A stretch of DNA of 63,698 bases, counting the filler, from Lama guanicoe (lineage: Eukaryota): NCBI GenBank assembly GCA_013239625.1. It is 200 parts of 200 records of this genome, joined end to end, with 100 filler letters (N's around TTAATTAATTAA, not from the genome) between each part and the next. Parts side by side here need not be neighbours in the genome. Positions count along the whole stretch, not along the records: positions 37,003 to 37,221 come from PNXV01039804.1; positions 37,322 to 37,540 come from PNXV01039805.1; positions 37,641 to 37,859 come from PNXV01039806.1; positions 37,960 to 38,178 come from PNXV01039807.1; positions 38,279 to 38,497 come from PNXV01039808.1; positions 38,598 to 38,816 come from PNXV01039809.1; positions 38,917 to 39,135 come from PNXV01039810.1; positions 39,236 to 39,454 come from PNXV01039811.1; 192 more parts are not named here. One strand, given 5' to 3'. The stretch's first letter is position 1; each line of letters opens with the position of its first letter. The notes under the pieces were generated by a model. The model was not told the origin of the DNA. It worked only from the letters and a program-made list of their open reading frames with translations, and ran no database searches. Of this stretch, positions 36,903-51,038 are shown piece after piece. The position numbers and the translations under genes were made by a program.

Positions 36903-39900
36903 NNNNNNNNNNNNNNNNNNNNNNNNNNNNNNNNNNNNNNNNNNNNTTAATTAATTAANNNNNNNNNNNNNNNNNNNNNNNNNNNNNNNNNNNNNNNNNN
37001 NNGACCGTGAGTATAGCAACTCTTCTGAGTCCTGTAAGCCTAGTGAATCATTGGCAAAATTTCTACCCAAGGGTGGTCTCTCTGTTTACCTTGAGGGTGG
37101 TCTGAGAGACCCCTGGCCTGTTCTTGCGCAAACCCAGACCATCATCCCCGAGACGGCCCCAGGCTGCGGTACACACTGCCCTCCACTCCTATTCATCAAA
37201 CGTCCATTCCTTCCAGCTTACNNNNNNNNNNNNNNNNNNNNNNNNNNNNNNNNNNNNNNNNNNNNTTAATTAATTAANNNNNNNNNNNNNNNNNNNNNNN
37301 NNNNNNNNNNNNNNNNNNNNNTTAGCAATCAACCCAGTTCAAAACCCAGAAAAGATATCATTTATAATGAGAACAAGGGCACAGACTATTGAGAAATAAA
37401 TTAATGAATAATGTTAAGATGATTCTGATAAATGACTTAAAAAAGGACAAACAATGATGATTGCGCAGTAGAATGCACCATACTCTTCATTGGGCAGACT
37501 CAAGTTTGTGGGACATAGCACAATTTTTCTCCAAAATAAANNNNNNNNNNNNNNNNNNNNNNNNNNNNNNNNNNNNNNNNNNNNTTAATTAATTAANNNN
37601 NNNNNNNNNNNNNNNNNNNNNNNNNNNNNNNNNNNNNNNNTGTGATGCAAGTAGGAACAAAATTGATGTCTTGCCTTTCCCTAGCAGTATATTTACTCCT
37701 TTGTTTCATTTACTTCTTTCCTCCTTTCCTTTCCACTCCTCCAACAAAAGAGCCTGAGTCTCTCTCAGAACAGTAGATTCAAATTACTTTAAAGGTTGGC
37801 TTATCCTCATGAAACGACAGTAACATTAAAAAAAATTCTATACACATCCCAGAATTCATNNNNNNNNNNNNNNNNNNNNNNNNNNNNNNNNNNNNNNNNN
37901 NNNTTAATTAATTAANNNNNNNNNNNNNNNNNNNNNNNNNNNNNNNNNNNNNNNNNNNNCTGCTCGCCACATGTTTCCTGTTCTCCAGGCCGATAACCTT
38001 CACCCCCTCGCCTTCTGAAGCAGCTTGTCCAGGGCAGGGGCAAAAAGAGGCTCAAGCCTCGGGCTCCTTTTAAGCTGCACGCTTCATGACAGACTAGAAC
38101 ATGCTGGATCCTTTCCAAAGGCTGGGGGATTTACAAACCAAGGTCCTGACATACTACAATCTAAAAAGTCAGGAAACCNNNNNNNNNNNNNNNNNNNNNN
38201 NNNNNNNNNNNNNNNNNNNNNNTTAATTAATTAANNNNNNNNNNNNNNNNNNNNNNNNNNNNNNNNNNNNNNNNNNNNCTTTTGGTATAAACAATAGAAC
38301 TGTACTTACTCCTCCTTGAATTTCGGCGTGGCTGCCTAACTTGATTTGGCTAATGAAATACGAGTTCAGGTGAAGGAGGTCTTTTGCAAGGAGATGTGCA
38401 TTAGAGCCGATGCAAAGAATCATTCTTCATAGCAATTGCTGGAATTCGTTGGCACGCTCCACACCATGAGACCAAAGGGGCTTGAAACGCTGACCCANNN
38501 NNNNNNNNNNNNNNNNNNNNNNNNNNNNNNNNNNNNNNNNNTTAATTAATTAANNNNNNNNNNNNNNNNNNNNNNNNNNNNNNNNNNNNNNNNNNNNGGA
38601 TTTAAGGAACAAGAAACTGGGAAGGAAGAGAGAAGGCTGATGCTCAGTTCTGAGGTTATCCTGGATGCTGTCAGTGAAGGCCAAAAATAGAAGAGAAACA
38701 CACACTAAGAGAGCCGGGTGCTGACTAAGCCAGATTGTACAGCGCCACCAAGATTCCAGTTCCCTCTAGGAGTGTTCTATTGTTTTCAAAATGGCCACAA
38801 GTGAAAACAGCTCCCGNNNNNNNNNNNNNNNNNNNNNNNNNNNNNNNNNNNNNNNNNNNNTTAATTAATTAANNNNNNNNNNNNNNNNNNNNNNNNNNNN
38901 NNNNNNNNNNNNNNNNCCGTTCCCACCACGTGCATTTAGGGCCTCCTCGCCCGAGACTCCTCTTCTTTCCCCGGCCTGGGATGCTGTGTGCTGAGCGCCA
39001 TGGCCAACGTTCCTGTCTCCCTGTGGGCCCCACAGCTCAGCAGCAGGAGTGCCGTCCATCTCTGTTGTGGAAGCAAAGGAAAAAGGGAGGGAGGACCAGT
39101 GAAAGCATGAGCACACACACACGCATTTCTAGAGANNNNNNNNNNNNNNNNNNNNNNNNNNNNNNNNNNNNNNNNNNNNTTAATTAATTAANNNNNNNNN
39201 NNNNNNNNNNNNNNNNNNNNNNNNNNNNNNNNNNNGCTCACCTTTGGAGCAACCCCAAAGCGCAAAGCATCCCTTCCACTTACATTTTCAGGAAACCTCG
39301 AGGGTGTGTTTCGCCTCGTTTCAGGTTCCCGTCTAGAGAGGTTCTCATCTCTGAGAATCAGGCTATTTAAAATGTCCAAGATTCTTAGCAAGTTGCAACT
39401 GTTTTGTACTCAGTGACTTTTAAAGTTTAGGACAGGGAAGAGATGTGAAAAGCGNNNNNNNNNNNNNNNNNNNNNNNNNNNNNNNNNNNNNNNNNNNNTT
39501 AATTAATTAANNNNNNNNNNNNNNNNNNNNNNNNNNNNNNNNNNNNNNNNNNNNCCTTGGTCCTCATGCTTCCGGGACCTGAGCTTCTGCCCACAGGGAG
39601 TGCTGGCCTCCGGGGCCCGCCTTCCAACGTGCCGCTGCTCTGACACGGCACTCGTTGAGCCTCTCCCCCGTCAGACCAACGCAACATTAGGAAAGCAAGG
39701 GGCACGGTCTCCCCGGGTCTCTTGGGTAACTTTGTGCTGGATTCAATGGCTATGTTCTTTCCTGCTGTGTTGGNNNNNNNNNNNNNNNNNNNNNNNNNNN
39801 NNNNNNNNNNNNNNNNNTTAATTAATTAANNNNNNNNNNNNNNNNNNNNNNNNNNNNNNNNNNNNNNNNNNNNATTTGAAATTGTCCTTCTTAAAGTCAT

Positions 39901-41149
39901 ATTAGGAAAGACGAGAGCCTATCTGGGACAGAGGCAAGTCTTAAGCGTCAGGTAAAAGTCAGAAATCTTTGTTCTCATTACTCGCTGAGAAATTTGTGGC
40001 TGGAATTCTCTCAGGCTTAAGTCCCAAATCTTAACTTCCGGTTTCTCCTGGGTCACAAATTGTGCATCCAAGGCTCATGGCTAAATCTAAGTNNNNNNNN
40101 NNNNNNNNNNNNNNNNNNNNNNNNNNNNNNNNNNNNTTAATTAATTAANNNNNNNNNNNNNNNNNNNNNNNNNNNNNNNNNNNNNNNNNNNNAGGATCAA
40201 CTGTAGCAGGAACCAAGCACCTTTCCTTGAACAAAGGATACACACCTCTTATCCTAGGGAAGCCTACTGTACGGGAGCTTGCAGTGTAGTGAGGGAACCT
40301 CTTTTCCTGAGAGGCCCTCAGACTCCTATGAAAAAATCATAATCCTTATCCTGGAGGCCCCTAGTCTTATAAGAGAGACTCAGCCTCTGATCTGAGAGGC
40401 ATCTGGTTTGTNNNNNNNNNNNNNNNNNNNNNNNNNNNNNNNNNNNNNNNNNNNNTTAATTAATTAANNNNNNNNNNNNNNNNNNNNNNNNNNNNNNNNN
40501 NNNNNNNNNNNCTGCCTGAAGGAGTAACGAGGGCCAAGTCCGGGCTCTTCAGGTGGGTCTGCAGGCAGGTTCCTGGGTTGGGAGAAGGGCTATAATTGCA
40601 GGGCAAAGCCCCCTTCAGTGCTCCTGACCCTCCTCAAGATGCAGGAGCTCTGGGAGGGTCCTGGGCATCTTGAGAGGGACCGTGAAGGTATTGCTCCCAT
40701 GCTCTCAACCGGACTTTGGGGGTGCAAGGANNNNNNNNNNNNNNNNNNNNNNNNNNNNNNNNNNNNNNNNNNNNTTAATTAATTAANNNNNNNNNNNNNN
40801 NNNNNNNNNNNNNNNNNNNNNNNNNNNNNNCGTTCTTATTATAATGTAGCTTTAAAATAGAATTTAATGTTTATAATGGAAATAATATTATATTGGGGGT
40901 TATAACATATGTACAAATAAAATCTATGATGACGTGAACGGCAAACATATAAGATGGGAGAAGACAAAGTATATACTGTTTGCTAAGATTCTTACACTGT
41001 ATGTGAGATTGTACAATACCAGCTGAACACAGACAATGAATGATAAGGANNNNNNNNNNNNNNNNNNNNNNNNNNNNNNNNNNNNNNNNNNNNTTAATTA
41101 ATTAANNNNNNNNNNNNNNNNNNNNNNNNNNNNNNNNNNNNNNNNNNNN

Positions 41150-41368
41150 TTTATAGCAATACAAGTCTGCCTCAGGAAACAGGAAAAATTTCAAACAAGC
41201 AATCTACCCTTACACCTAACGCAACTAAAGAAAGAAGAACAAACAAAACCCAAAGTTAGTAGAAGGAAACAAATGACAAAGATCAGAGCAGATATAAATT
41301 AATAAAAGACTTAAAACAAAACAAAACAGAAGAGATCAATAAAATCAGAAGTTGGCTTTTTGAAAAGG
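41150..41368 (+). mobile_element. L1 ORF2 fragment (post-endonuclease region)
   Basis: tttatagcaatacaag...ctaaagaaagaagaacaaacaaaacccaaagttagtagaaggaaa...aagatcagagcaga...gttggctttttgaaaag. Confidence 0.9.
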
Positions 41369-41787
41369 NNNNNNNNNNNNNNNNNNNNNNNNNNNNNNNN
41401 NNNNNNNNNNNNTTAATTAATTAANNNNNNNNNNNNNNNNNNNNNNNNNNNNNNNNNNNNNNNNNNNNCAAATAGAGCTGCTGCGAACACTTACGTACAG
41501 GTTTTTGCACGAACATACATTTTCATTTCTCTGAGATGAGTGACCAGGAGCGCAAGTGCTGAGTCGTACAGCAGTGGCGTTTTAGTTTTTAAGAAACTGC
41601 CAAACTGCCTTTCAGAACAGCTGTGCCCCGACACTTGCACCAGCAGTGTCGGGTTTCTTCCCATCCTCGCCAGCGTTTGGCGTTGTCNNNNNNNNNNNNN
41701 NNNNNNNNNNNNNNNNNNNNNNNNNNNNNNNTTAATTAATTAANNNNNNNNNNNNNNNNNNNNNNNNNNNNNNNNNNNNNNNNNNNN

Positions 41788-42006
41788 GTCCATTCACCTG
41801 TTGATGGACATTTAGATTGCTTCCATACCTTGGCAATTGTAAATAATGCTGCTATGAGCATTGGGGTATCTTTTTGAATTAATGTCTTTGTTTTTGTTTG
41901 ATCAGGTATATACCCAAGAATGGATTTGCTGGGTCATATGGTAGTTCTATTTTCAGTTTTTTTGAGGAACCTCTATACTGTTTTCCACAGTGGCTGCACC
42001 AATTTA
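41788..42006 (-). mobile_element. L1 ORF2 C-terminal fragment (antisense)
   Basis: tgatggacatttagattgcttccatacc...gctgggtcatatggtagttctattttcag...tgttttccacagtggctgcaccaattta. Confidence 0.92.
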
Positions 42007-42514
42007 NNNNNNNNNNNNNNNNNNNNNNNNNNNNNNNNNNNNNNNNNNNNTTAATTAATTAANNNNNNNNNNNNNNNNNNNNNNNNNNNNNNNNNNNNNN
42101 NNNNNNCTTGTGGAGCTGTCTCTCAGGGGTCAGTCGCTTGCCTCACCTGAGTTCTTGTTACATCTGCTTTGTCGCCTTCTTCCTGGCATCCAGCAGAGTT
42201 GTCTGCCCCACAATGTGGTTTTCAGTTTTTGAATGTTCTTCTCTCTAGTTCAACAGATACTGACTGGGGTTTATGAATCCAAATTCCCAAAGAGAAAGCA
42301 TTTGATGAACCCAAATTTGGTCAAGNNNNNNNNNNNNNNNNNNNNNNNNNNNNNNNNNNNNNNNNNNNNTTAATTAATTAANNNNNNNNNNNNNNNNNNN
42401 NNNNNNNNNNNNNNNNNNNNNNNNNGGCCAGGGCAGGCCTGAAGCGGAGACCCTCTCCCCCCTGACCTCAGCCCAGAGAGCTGCCCCCTGGGCCTCTCCC
42501 CGCCGGTCACTCAC

Positions 42515-42644
42515 CTGGAGCGCATCCCGGCCCTGGTCCCGGGTCAGGCTGGTGAGGCAGCTCTCAGGGCCACCGGGCATGTCGCTGGGGTTGCAGTTGC
42601 CCATGACCAGGTGCTCCACGGAGAAGTAGTCGCTGGGGTGGGAG
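42515..42644 (-). CDS. Putative coding exon 3' portion, gene unidentified
   Basis: Open frame SHPSDYFSVEHLVMGNCNPSDMPGGPESCLTSLTRDQGRDALQ with mostly G/C-ending codons, ending at a phase-0 donor CAG|GTGAGT. Confidence 0.55.
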
Positions 42645-44020
42645 NNNNNNNNNNNNNNNNNNNNNNNNNNNNNNNNNNNNNNNNNNNNTTAATTAATTAA
42701 NNNNNNNNNNNNNNNNNNNNNNNNNNNNNNNNNNNNNNNNNNNNAGCGTTTTAGTCCTCTGTACATAACCCTCATCTCCCCCAGGGTCACAGGATTGCAC
42801 ATACAGACTGTGCATCCTGAAAGTCTGAGCTCTTCGAGGGCAGAGGTTTCGTCCTGTTCACAACCATATTCCCAGCACCTAGACAAGCACCTGGCATCCC
42901 GTTGGCCCAAAGACGTGCTCAGAATAAAGATGGGTGGGATGATTAAATTAACGAACGGGCAATNNNNNNNNNNNNNNNNNNNNNNNNNNNNNNNNNNNNN
43001 NNNNNNNTTAATTAATTAANNNNNNNNNNNNNNNNNNNNNNNNNNNNNNNNNNNNNNNNNNNNCCCCACCGCCCTTTTGGTCATGTGTTCTGCCAAATGC
43101 TTTGATTATGGAGTCATGTCACCCTCACCTTTCCATGGAGACGGCGCCTTCCATTGGTTTTATATGAACTCGAAGTCCAGGACTGCCCTGAGGTGCCCAA
43201 CCCTATCCCATCCCCTATTTCTAGGACCCAGGGACCTAACTGTCTGGGGGAGATGGGGCCTTGAGACCACAGGTTGTGTGTGNNNNNNNNNNNNNNNNNN
43301 NNNNNNNNNNNNNNNNNNNNNNNNNNTTAATTAATTAANNNNNNNNNNNNNNNNNNNNNNNNNNNNNNNNNNNNNNNNNNNNTGCATAGGACTGGGAGGG
43401 CATCGGGATTTGAAGAAGCTCCAGGGATGAGCCCCTGGGGCCCGCATGTCATAGGTGGACTCTTCATGGCCTCGTGCCTGCGTGGACCACTCAGTGGCAA
43501 AGGATAGGGTATGACTGAGGCGAAATGACTGTTGGAAAGAAATAAAATCAGTTTCTGTCATACACTAAAATAAATCCAGATGCTAATAAGATTTAAATGT
43601 ANNNNNNNNNNNNNNNNNNNNNNNNNNNNNNNNNNNNNNNNNNNNTTAATTAATTAANNNNNNNNNNNNNNNNNNNNNNNNNNNNNNNNNNNNNNNNNNN
43701 NAAACATTAACTTTGAAGAAATGAGACCAAAGGAAGTTAAGTTAAAAAAATATTTCAGAATAACTTTATAGGGTTAGAGAGAAGCGCAGAGAACACAGAG
43801 CACTCCCACAGCCCCCTCGCAGGCTCCCCTAACGGGGACATCTCACCTGTTCGGAGCATTTGTCACGAGCGCCCAACCAACCCTGGAACCTTCCTATTCA
43901 CTGAAGTCCAGGCTTTATTTNNNNNNNNNNNNNNNNNNNNNNNNNNNNNNNNNNNNNNNNNNNNTTAATTAATTAANNNNNNNNNNNNNNNNNNNNNNNN
44001 NNNNNNNNNNNNNNNNNNNN

Positions 44021-44170
44021 ACCTGCTATGTACCAGACACAGTGGAGGTGTGGGATTCAGCTGTGAACAGACAAGTCCCTGACCGCATGAAGAATTCTTT
44101 CCAGTTGCGGAAAGGGGTTGTCAGAAAATGAAAATCACAAATAAGCATATAACATAACGCCAGGAACAGG
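44021..44170. mobile_element. L2 3' end fragment
   Basis: acctgctatgtaccagacacagt...gattcagctgtgaacagacaagtccctgaccgcatgaag. Confidence 0.7.
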
Positions 44171-44339
44171 GAAGGGCTAAGAAGAGAGCCGGGTAAGGAT
44201 GGGAGGCGAGGGGGGTGGGGCATGGACACTCCGTGCTCANNNNNNNNNNNNNNNNNNNNNNNNNNNNNNNNNNNNNNNNNNNNTTAATTAATTAANNNNN
44301 NNNNNNNNNNNNNNNNNNNNNNNNNNNNNNNNNNNNNNN

Positions 44340-45515
44340 TTTTAGTTATTTTTGGTAGCTTAGGTCTTTCTAAGAATTTGTCCATTTCATCTAGATTATT
44401 TAATTTGTTGGCACACAGCGATTCATAGTATTCTTTTATAATCCTTTTATTTGTTCTACCCTTTACAATTTAAAAACCACTCCACTTGCCAAAAAACAGA
44501 AGCTGATCGTTTTCTAGATGCTAGCATGTACTCTAAGAGGTAGCCAAAATCTTTGCAANNNNNNNNNNNNNNNNNNNNNNNNNNNNNNNNNNNNNNNNNN
44601 NNTTAATTAATTAANNNNNNNNNNNNNNNNNNNNNNNNNNNNNNNNNNNNNNNNNNNNTTGGATGCTCAGATTAAAGGTAGTACACACTCCTTAGACAGA
44701 ATGTGGGCTGGTCTCTGAAGAGGGAGGGAGAGAAAGGGGTGGCCTTGAGGCACATGTTGCTGGTTTTTATGGGCTTGATAGCTTCATATGCTACTAAGCG
44801 GAAGGACCAGCCTAAGGGGAAGGGGCTGGGATTCCCAGGGATTTGGCCATTTCCCACCCTTTGACCTTTTGTGGCTANNNNNNNNNNNNNNNNNNNNNNN
44901 NNNNNNNNNNNNNNNNNNNNNTTAATTAATTAANNNNNNNNNNNNNNNNNNNNNNNNNNNNNNNNNNNNNNNNNNNNTTCTGCCTGGTCAAGTATGAAAA
45001 TGTATGAATATTGGAAATAGGACACTGAAATAAGGAAACCCAAAATGTATGCCTGCAAATAAGTGCATCCATGACAAATTATAAAGAATTATGTGATTTA
45101 AAGCTGATATAATTCAAAGTTACTGCACATTTACTTGATTGTCTACAATGTATGTTTGAAGAATTATTTATAAATTTTCTATAACCTTAAACTATTNNNN
45201 NNNNNNNNNNNNNNNNNNNNNNNNNNNNNNNNNNNNNNNNTTAATTAATTAANNNNNNNNNNNNNNNNNNNNNNNNNNNNNNNNNNNNNNNNNNNNTTTT
45301 AGTTATTTTTGGTAGCTTAGGTCTTTCTAAGAATTTGTCCATTTCTTCTAGATTATTTAATTTGTTGGCACACAGCGATTCATTGTATTCTTTTATAATC
45401 GTTTTATTTGTTCTACCCTTTACAATTTAAAAAACACTCCACTTGCCAAAAAACAGAAGCTGATCATTTTCTAGATGCTAGCATGTACTCTAAGAGGTAG
45501 CCAAAATCTTTGCAA
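44340..45515. repeat. Bubble pair D: contigs 44340-44558 and 45297-45515 (start in antisense L1M sequence)
   Basis: 5 substitutions between offsets 50 and 170; 49-bp identical ends. Confidence 0.95.
44659..44877 (-). mobile_element. ERV1-type LTR fragment
   Basis: acacactccttagacagaatgtgggctggtctc...gctggtttttatgggc...atttggccatttcccacc; LTR-like. Confidence 0.55.
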
Positions 45516-48500
45516 NNNNNNNNNNNNNNNNNNNNNNNNNNNNNNNNNNNNNNNNNNNNTTAATTAATTAANNNNNNNNNNNNNNNNNNNNNNNNNNNNN
45601 NNNNNNNNNNNNNNNGAGCTGATCAATGAATTTCTGTGGAATGAAAATACTCATTAGTCCCTGACGTCAATGTATTAAGCATGGGAACCTGTCTGTGTGT
45701 TCTTTTATGTGGGCACGTGCCAACAGTTCTTTGAGTCTAACCTCCCCCAGGCAGTGGTTGAATCTCCCTGTTTCAACAGTGGCTCAGCATGAAGCCACAC
45801 ACCGCAGGCTTTCAATGTGCACTCATGCTGATAANNNNNNNNNNNNNNNNNNNNNNNNNNNNNNNNNNNNNNNNNNNNTTAATTAATTAANNNNNNNNNN
45901 NNNNNNNNNNNNNNNNNNNNNNNNNNNNNNNNNNAGAGTTCGAAAAAAGAAAAAAAACAGTATATTTTGTTTAGAGGATACATGTATGACACATTTCCAG
46001 CTTTTCTATATTTTTCCCTTAAGTAAATAAAGTAACTTTCAGGTTCTGCTTTATTTTTATAAAAAAAAATTAAGGAATTAGATTCCATAATTTGTTAAGT
46101 CTATGTGAACAATCACATTTTCCCCCACTGACTTATTCCTTTAATTATACTAANNNNNNNNNNNNNNNNNNNNNNNNNNNNNNNNNNNNNNNNNNNNTTA
46201 ATTAATTAANNNNNNNNNNNNNNNNNNNNNNNNNNNNNNNNNNNNNNNNNNNNTTGAGAGAAGTCCCGGGGACTCCAGACACAGCAGCTGATCTGAATTT
46301 CTCGTGCCCCCGACATCAAGGAGGGTGGGGGCTGGAAAGTGGGGTGCTGTCTGGACACTGGAGGGGGGCTCGCTTCCATGTTGAGAGTCAGATCTGAAAC
46401 CCCAGTGCAGCTGCCGCAGTGCGAGAAACGCCAGGAGCCGGATGTGGAGGCGAGAGGCAGACAGAGGAGAGTNNNNNNNNNNNNNNNNNNNNNNNNNNNN
46501 NNNNNNNNNNNNNNNNTTAATTAATTAANNNNNNNNNNNNNNNNNNNNNNNNNNNNNNNNNNNNNNNNNNNNAGTGCTGGGCCTCTAGCCTTTGCAGTGG
46601 TGTGAAGTTGCATAGGTAGGGTTGGATCAGAATACAGAGGACAGTTGATTCCCTTGGGAATCCTCCAGGGCCTGAGATTCAGCAGATGTGAATGTAATTT
46701 GGACTGTGCCCACTAATTAGTTTATCTTGAGATCTGCACACCTTCTTGAATCTTTATGTTCAGCACATAATATATGCTCAATTAGTATCTTNNNNNNNNN
46801 NNNNNNNNNNNNNNNNNNNNNNNNNNNNNNNNNNNTTAATTAATTAANNNNNNNNNNNNNNNNNNNNNNNNNNNNNNNNNNNNNNNNNNNNGCTACAGGG
46901 TAAGTCATTAGGGAGAATGACACCAGGCATTTTGTGTCCACATGCTTGCCTTTGAGATGTGGCCCCACCATCATTTTCCTAAATAAGTATTTTGATTATT
47001 TTAACTATAAGATTATAGTACAAGCAGGTCGAAGTCATGTGTAACCTCTCCGCATTTTTGGTGAATAATGGCTTCCTCCTTGGTTGCTCTGAATTTGTTT
47101 TTCCTGTGATNNNNNNNNNNNNNNNNNNNNNNNNNNNNNNNNNNNNNNNNNNNNTTAATTAATTAANNNNNNNNNNNNNNNNNNNNNNNNNNNNNNNNNN
47201 NNNNNNNNNNTTGGCACTTTCTAAATTTCCCAAATAGGCCACGCTGTTTCCCACCTTTTCTGTTTGTACCTGCTGCAGGCTGCTTAGAAATAAATGCTGT
47301 GTGTGACTCCCTCTCCCCGCACAGCAGCCACTCACGATGTTGGGTCTGCGGTGTGGGGACAGAGGAGTATGGGCTGGCCCTATTGAGAGGCTTTCACTCA
47401 GAACCCCAGATCTGGTCCCTTATCCTGTGNNNNNNNNNNNNNNNNNNNNNNNNNNNNNNNNNNNNNNNNNNNNTTAATTAATTAANNNNNNNNNNNNNNN
47501 NNNNNNNNNNNNNNNNNNNNNNNNNNNNNGAGCCCCTGCAGAAAGATTTCTTTTTTATTTTCCTCTGTTGTATTTCAGATCTCTGTTTCCATCCACTTTG
47601 TTCTCCTGGTTCTATTTCTGCCTCGGTTCACCTTGGGCTCCGTTTGTTCCGAGGCTCTGTACCTGCACATCCGGGGGTCTGATGTTGTTCCCTAAATACA
47701 TGTCATCATTGAGTCATCTCAGTATTGGTGCCAATGGAATCTGTTTTCNNNNNNNNNNNNNNNNNNNNNNNNNNNNNNNNNNNNNNNNNNNNTTAATTAA
47801 TTAANNNNNNNNNNNNNNNNNNNNNNNNNNNNNNNNNNNNNNNNNNNNCATCCACCTTGTTGGCTGGTGGGATAATTACAGGCCTCTTATCATAGAATAG
47901 AGTTTTCACCATAATCCACATTTATGGCATGAGAGAACAGTGAAGAATGTATCCTTTCTGAAAGCAAAGAATCCAAAAGAAAAGGAAGAGCTAAGCAAGT
48001 AGAAACCCAATTTCTACCTTTTAGAATTTTCTCCTCATCCCCTTAGAAAACATGGGTAGGTTTTATANNNNNNNNNNNNNNNNNNNNNNNNNNNNNNNNN
48101 NNNNNNNNNNNTTAATTAATTAANNNNNNNNNNNNNNNNNNNNNNNNNNNNNNNNNNNNNNNNNNNNCAAATGTACCACATGTTTCATTCCATTAAGGCT
48201 TAACACTCCCAACCCCCGTTCCAGCCTGAGCATTTCCTCCTAGGTCTTTGCTCCAAAATGACTTTACTTAAATATTAAGTACGTTAGTAACTCTGCTAAC
48301 AGAAACTCAAGTAAACATCCACCTTTGTGTGCCTGGCAGTAGCACATTTATTTCTGTCTCTCTTTTAGCTTGGAAAATCCACTTTGNNNNNNNNNNNNNN
48401 NNNNNNNNNNNNNNNNNNNNNNNNNNNNNNTTAATTAATTAANNNNNNNNNNNNNNNNNNNNNNNNNNNNNNNNNNNNNNNNNNNNTCTATATTACAAAA

Positions 48501-51038
48501 TGCCCCTGGGCTAATATTATTTCCAAACTATATTACTGCTAGTTAACAGGACATGATTTTTCAAGTAAAAATAATGGAATGAGTTTTTTTTTCTTTCCTC
48601 ATCTTGTTAGAGCAGGCAGATAGCTAGATATGAGCAGAGAAAGGGAGAGACAGACTAAATAGCAGGAACTGGGCAGAAAGGAGGGGCACAAGCCAAATGC
48701 AGGAANNNNNNNNNNNNNNNNNNNNNNNNNNNNNNNNNNNNNNNNNNNNTTAATTAATTAANNNNNNNNNNNNNNNNNNNNNNNNNNNNNNNNNNNNNNN
48801 NNNNNCTGGGAAACACCAAGCAAACTAAATCCAGAGTGGGCTTTGGAATATCTCAAATGGTTGTCTGCCTCTCGGCAGGAGCGCTCAGCTTCTTCCCAGC
48901 AGATGAGAAACGTCCAGGTAAGACAGGATACGCTGCAGGCTCAGCCTCGCTCTCCAACCTTATTTCCTGTCATCCGTCAGTCAAACATTGGCTTATTTCC
49001 AACCAAACGAAGGCCCATGTGTCTNNNNNNNNNNNNNNNNNNNNNNNNNNNNNNNNNNNNNNNNNNNNTTAATTAATTAANNNNNNNNNNNNNNNNNNNN
49101 NNNNNNNNNNNNNNNNNNNNNNNNCAGGCCCACAGGCAGGCTCCCGAAAGGCGGACTTCTGGGCTTAGGGTGCGTGGACGCGGCCCATCCTTCTGAAAAC
49201 AGGGCCTACGAGAAAGTCCAAAGGGATTTACCGCAGATCAGTCATTTCCAGAGCATCCTCCAGAGTCCCCTGGGAGCTGGCCTTGGGCCCAGAACCCACA
49301 CAGAGGACAGAGGGCTCTGACGCCAGGCGCACCTGTCTTCCAGNNNNNNNNNNNNNNNNNNNNNNNNNNNNNNNNNNNNNNNNNNNNTTAATTAATTAAN
49401 NNNNNNNNNNNNNNNNNNNNNNNNNNNNNNNNNNNNNNNNNNNATATTTTAACCTATTTTAAGACCCTTATCTCTGTTTCTAAAATAGGCAAATACTTCT
49501 TAAGCACTCATATATCTTTTGAAATATTTAGATAAAAGTGGCACTATTTCACTGTACTTCAAAATCTGTGCATTGTGAATTACACTCATCACATTTTATA
49601 ATCATTATTAATTTATATGAACATTGTATATTTATCTAATTTGCTCATTCAAGTAATCTTTTNNNNNNNNNNNNNNNNNNNNNNNNNNNNNNNNNNNNNN
49701 NNNNNNTTAATTAATTAANNNNNNNNNNNNNNNNNNNNNNNNNNNNNNNNNNNNNNNNNNNNGATAGGAGTTCAGTAGGATTGAGTGTGAGGAACTGGGG
49801 ATGGCAGAGTCAGGCGCTGAGAGTCTGACAAGGGTTTCTTCAATGGGAGAGGCATCCCCGGGGCTCCGTCGGCCTCTATGGGGCTCTTCCTGCCGACCAC
49901 GCACGTACATAGCTCCTGCACTTGTTGTATGAGTACAGATTACAAGTTCCGTTAAATGGCAATTAGTTTTTGTGGTGCAGTNNNNNNNNNNNNNNNNNNN
50001 NNNNNNNNNNNNNNNNNNNNNNNNNTTAATTAATTAANNNNNNNNNNNNNNNNNNNNNNNNNNNNNNNNNNNNNNNNNNNNGAAATAATATTGGGAGTAT
50101 TAAGCCATGTTTTCAAATAATTTTATTTTCGTGGGAAAATATTTGCTATAACATAATGTTAAAATGAAAAAAGCGATTCCTAAACTGTGTATTCAAATAC
50201 TTCTGATTTTTCAAATGTAGATACATGTGTGGTATTTGACAGTAACTTTTATATCTAGAAGAGATTTACCTCTGTGTGGCTGAGCAAGGGTAAGCAGGGA
50301 NNNNNNNNNNNNNNNNNNNNNNNNNNNNNNNNNNNNNNNNNNNNTTAATTAATTAANNNNNNNNNNNNNNNNNNNNNNNNNNNNNNNNNNNNNNNNNNNN
50401 AAGACAACATGAAGTAGAAAACGCCACGTGGCAAGCACAGAGTAAAGGGAAATTTACTATGATTATACCAATGTGTAGTCAATTCCCAAGTAAATGATTG
50501 TGTAACCCCTGCTAGAGGGAGAAAGCCTCAAGCCTTGGCTGGAAAGGGGGGCGGATCCCGTGTCTGTACTTTTTAAAATGTCTACAGGTGCTTCTCATGT
50601 GCAAATTGATATCCCTGCANNNNNNNNNNNNNNNNNNNNNNNNNNNNNNNNNNNNNNNNNNNNTTAATTAATTAANNNNNNNNNNNNNNNNNNNNNNNNN
50701 NNNNNNNNNNNNNNNNNNNGTCTCTGGAGACCCAGAGAGCTGTTGTTGGGGCTGTGGTGCTGTGAGAAACATCTGAGAGGTCAGAGGGCAGAATCAGCCC
50801 CTAAGTGAACCCACAGCCATCCCCTCTCCATCCCAGCCCTGTCCCCACCCCGTTCCTGGGACCCAGAACACAAAGGGTAGAGAGCATTCTGCCCACCCTC
50901 TGGTGGAGCCTCAATGGTGGGGACTCAGCTGGTGCTCANNNNNNNNNNNNNNNNNNNNNNNNNNNNNNNNNNNNNNNNNNNNTTAATTAATTAANNNNNN
51001 NNNNNNNNNNNNNNNNNNNNNNNNNNNNNNNNNNNNNN

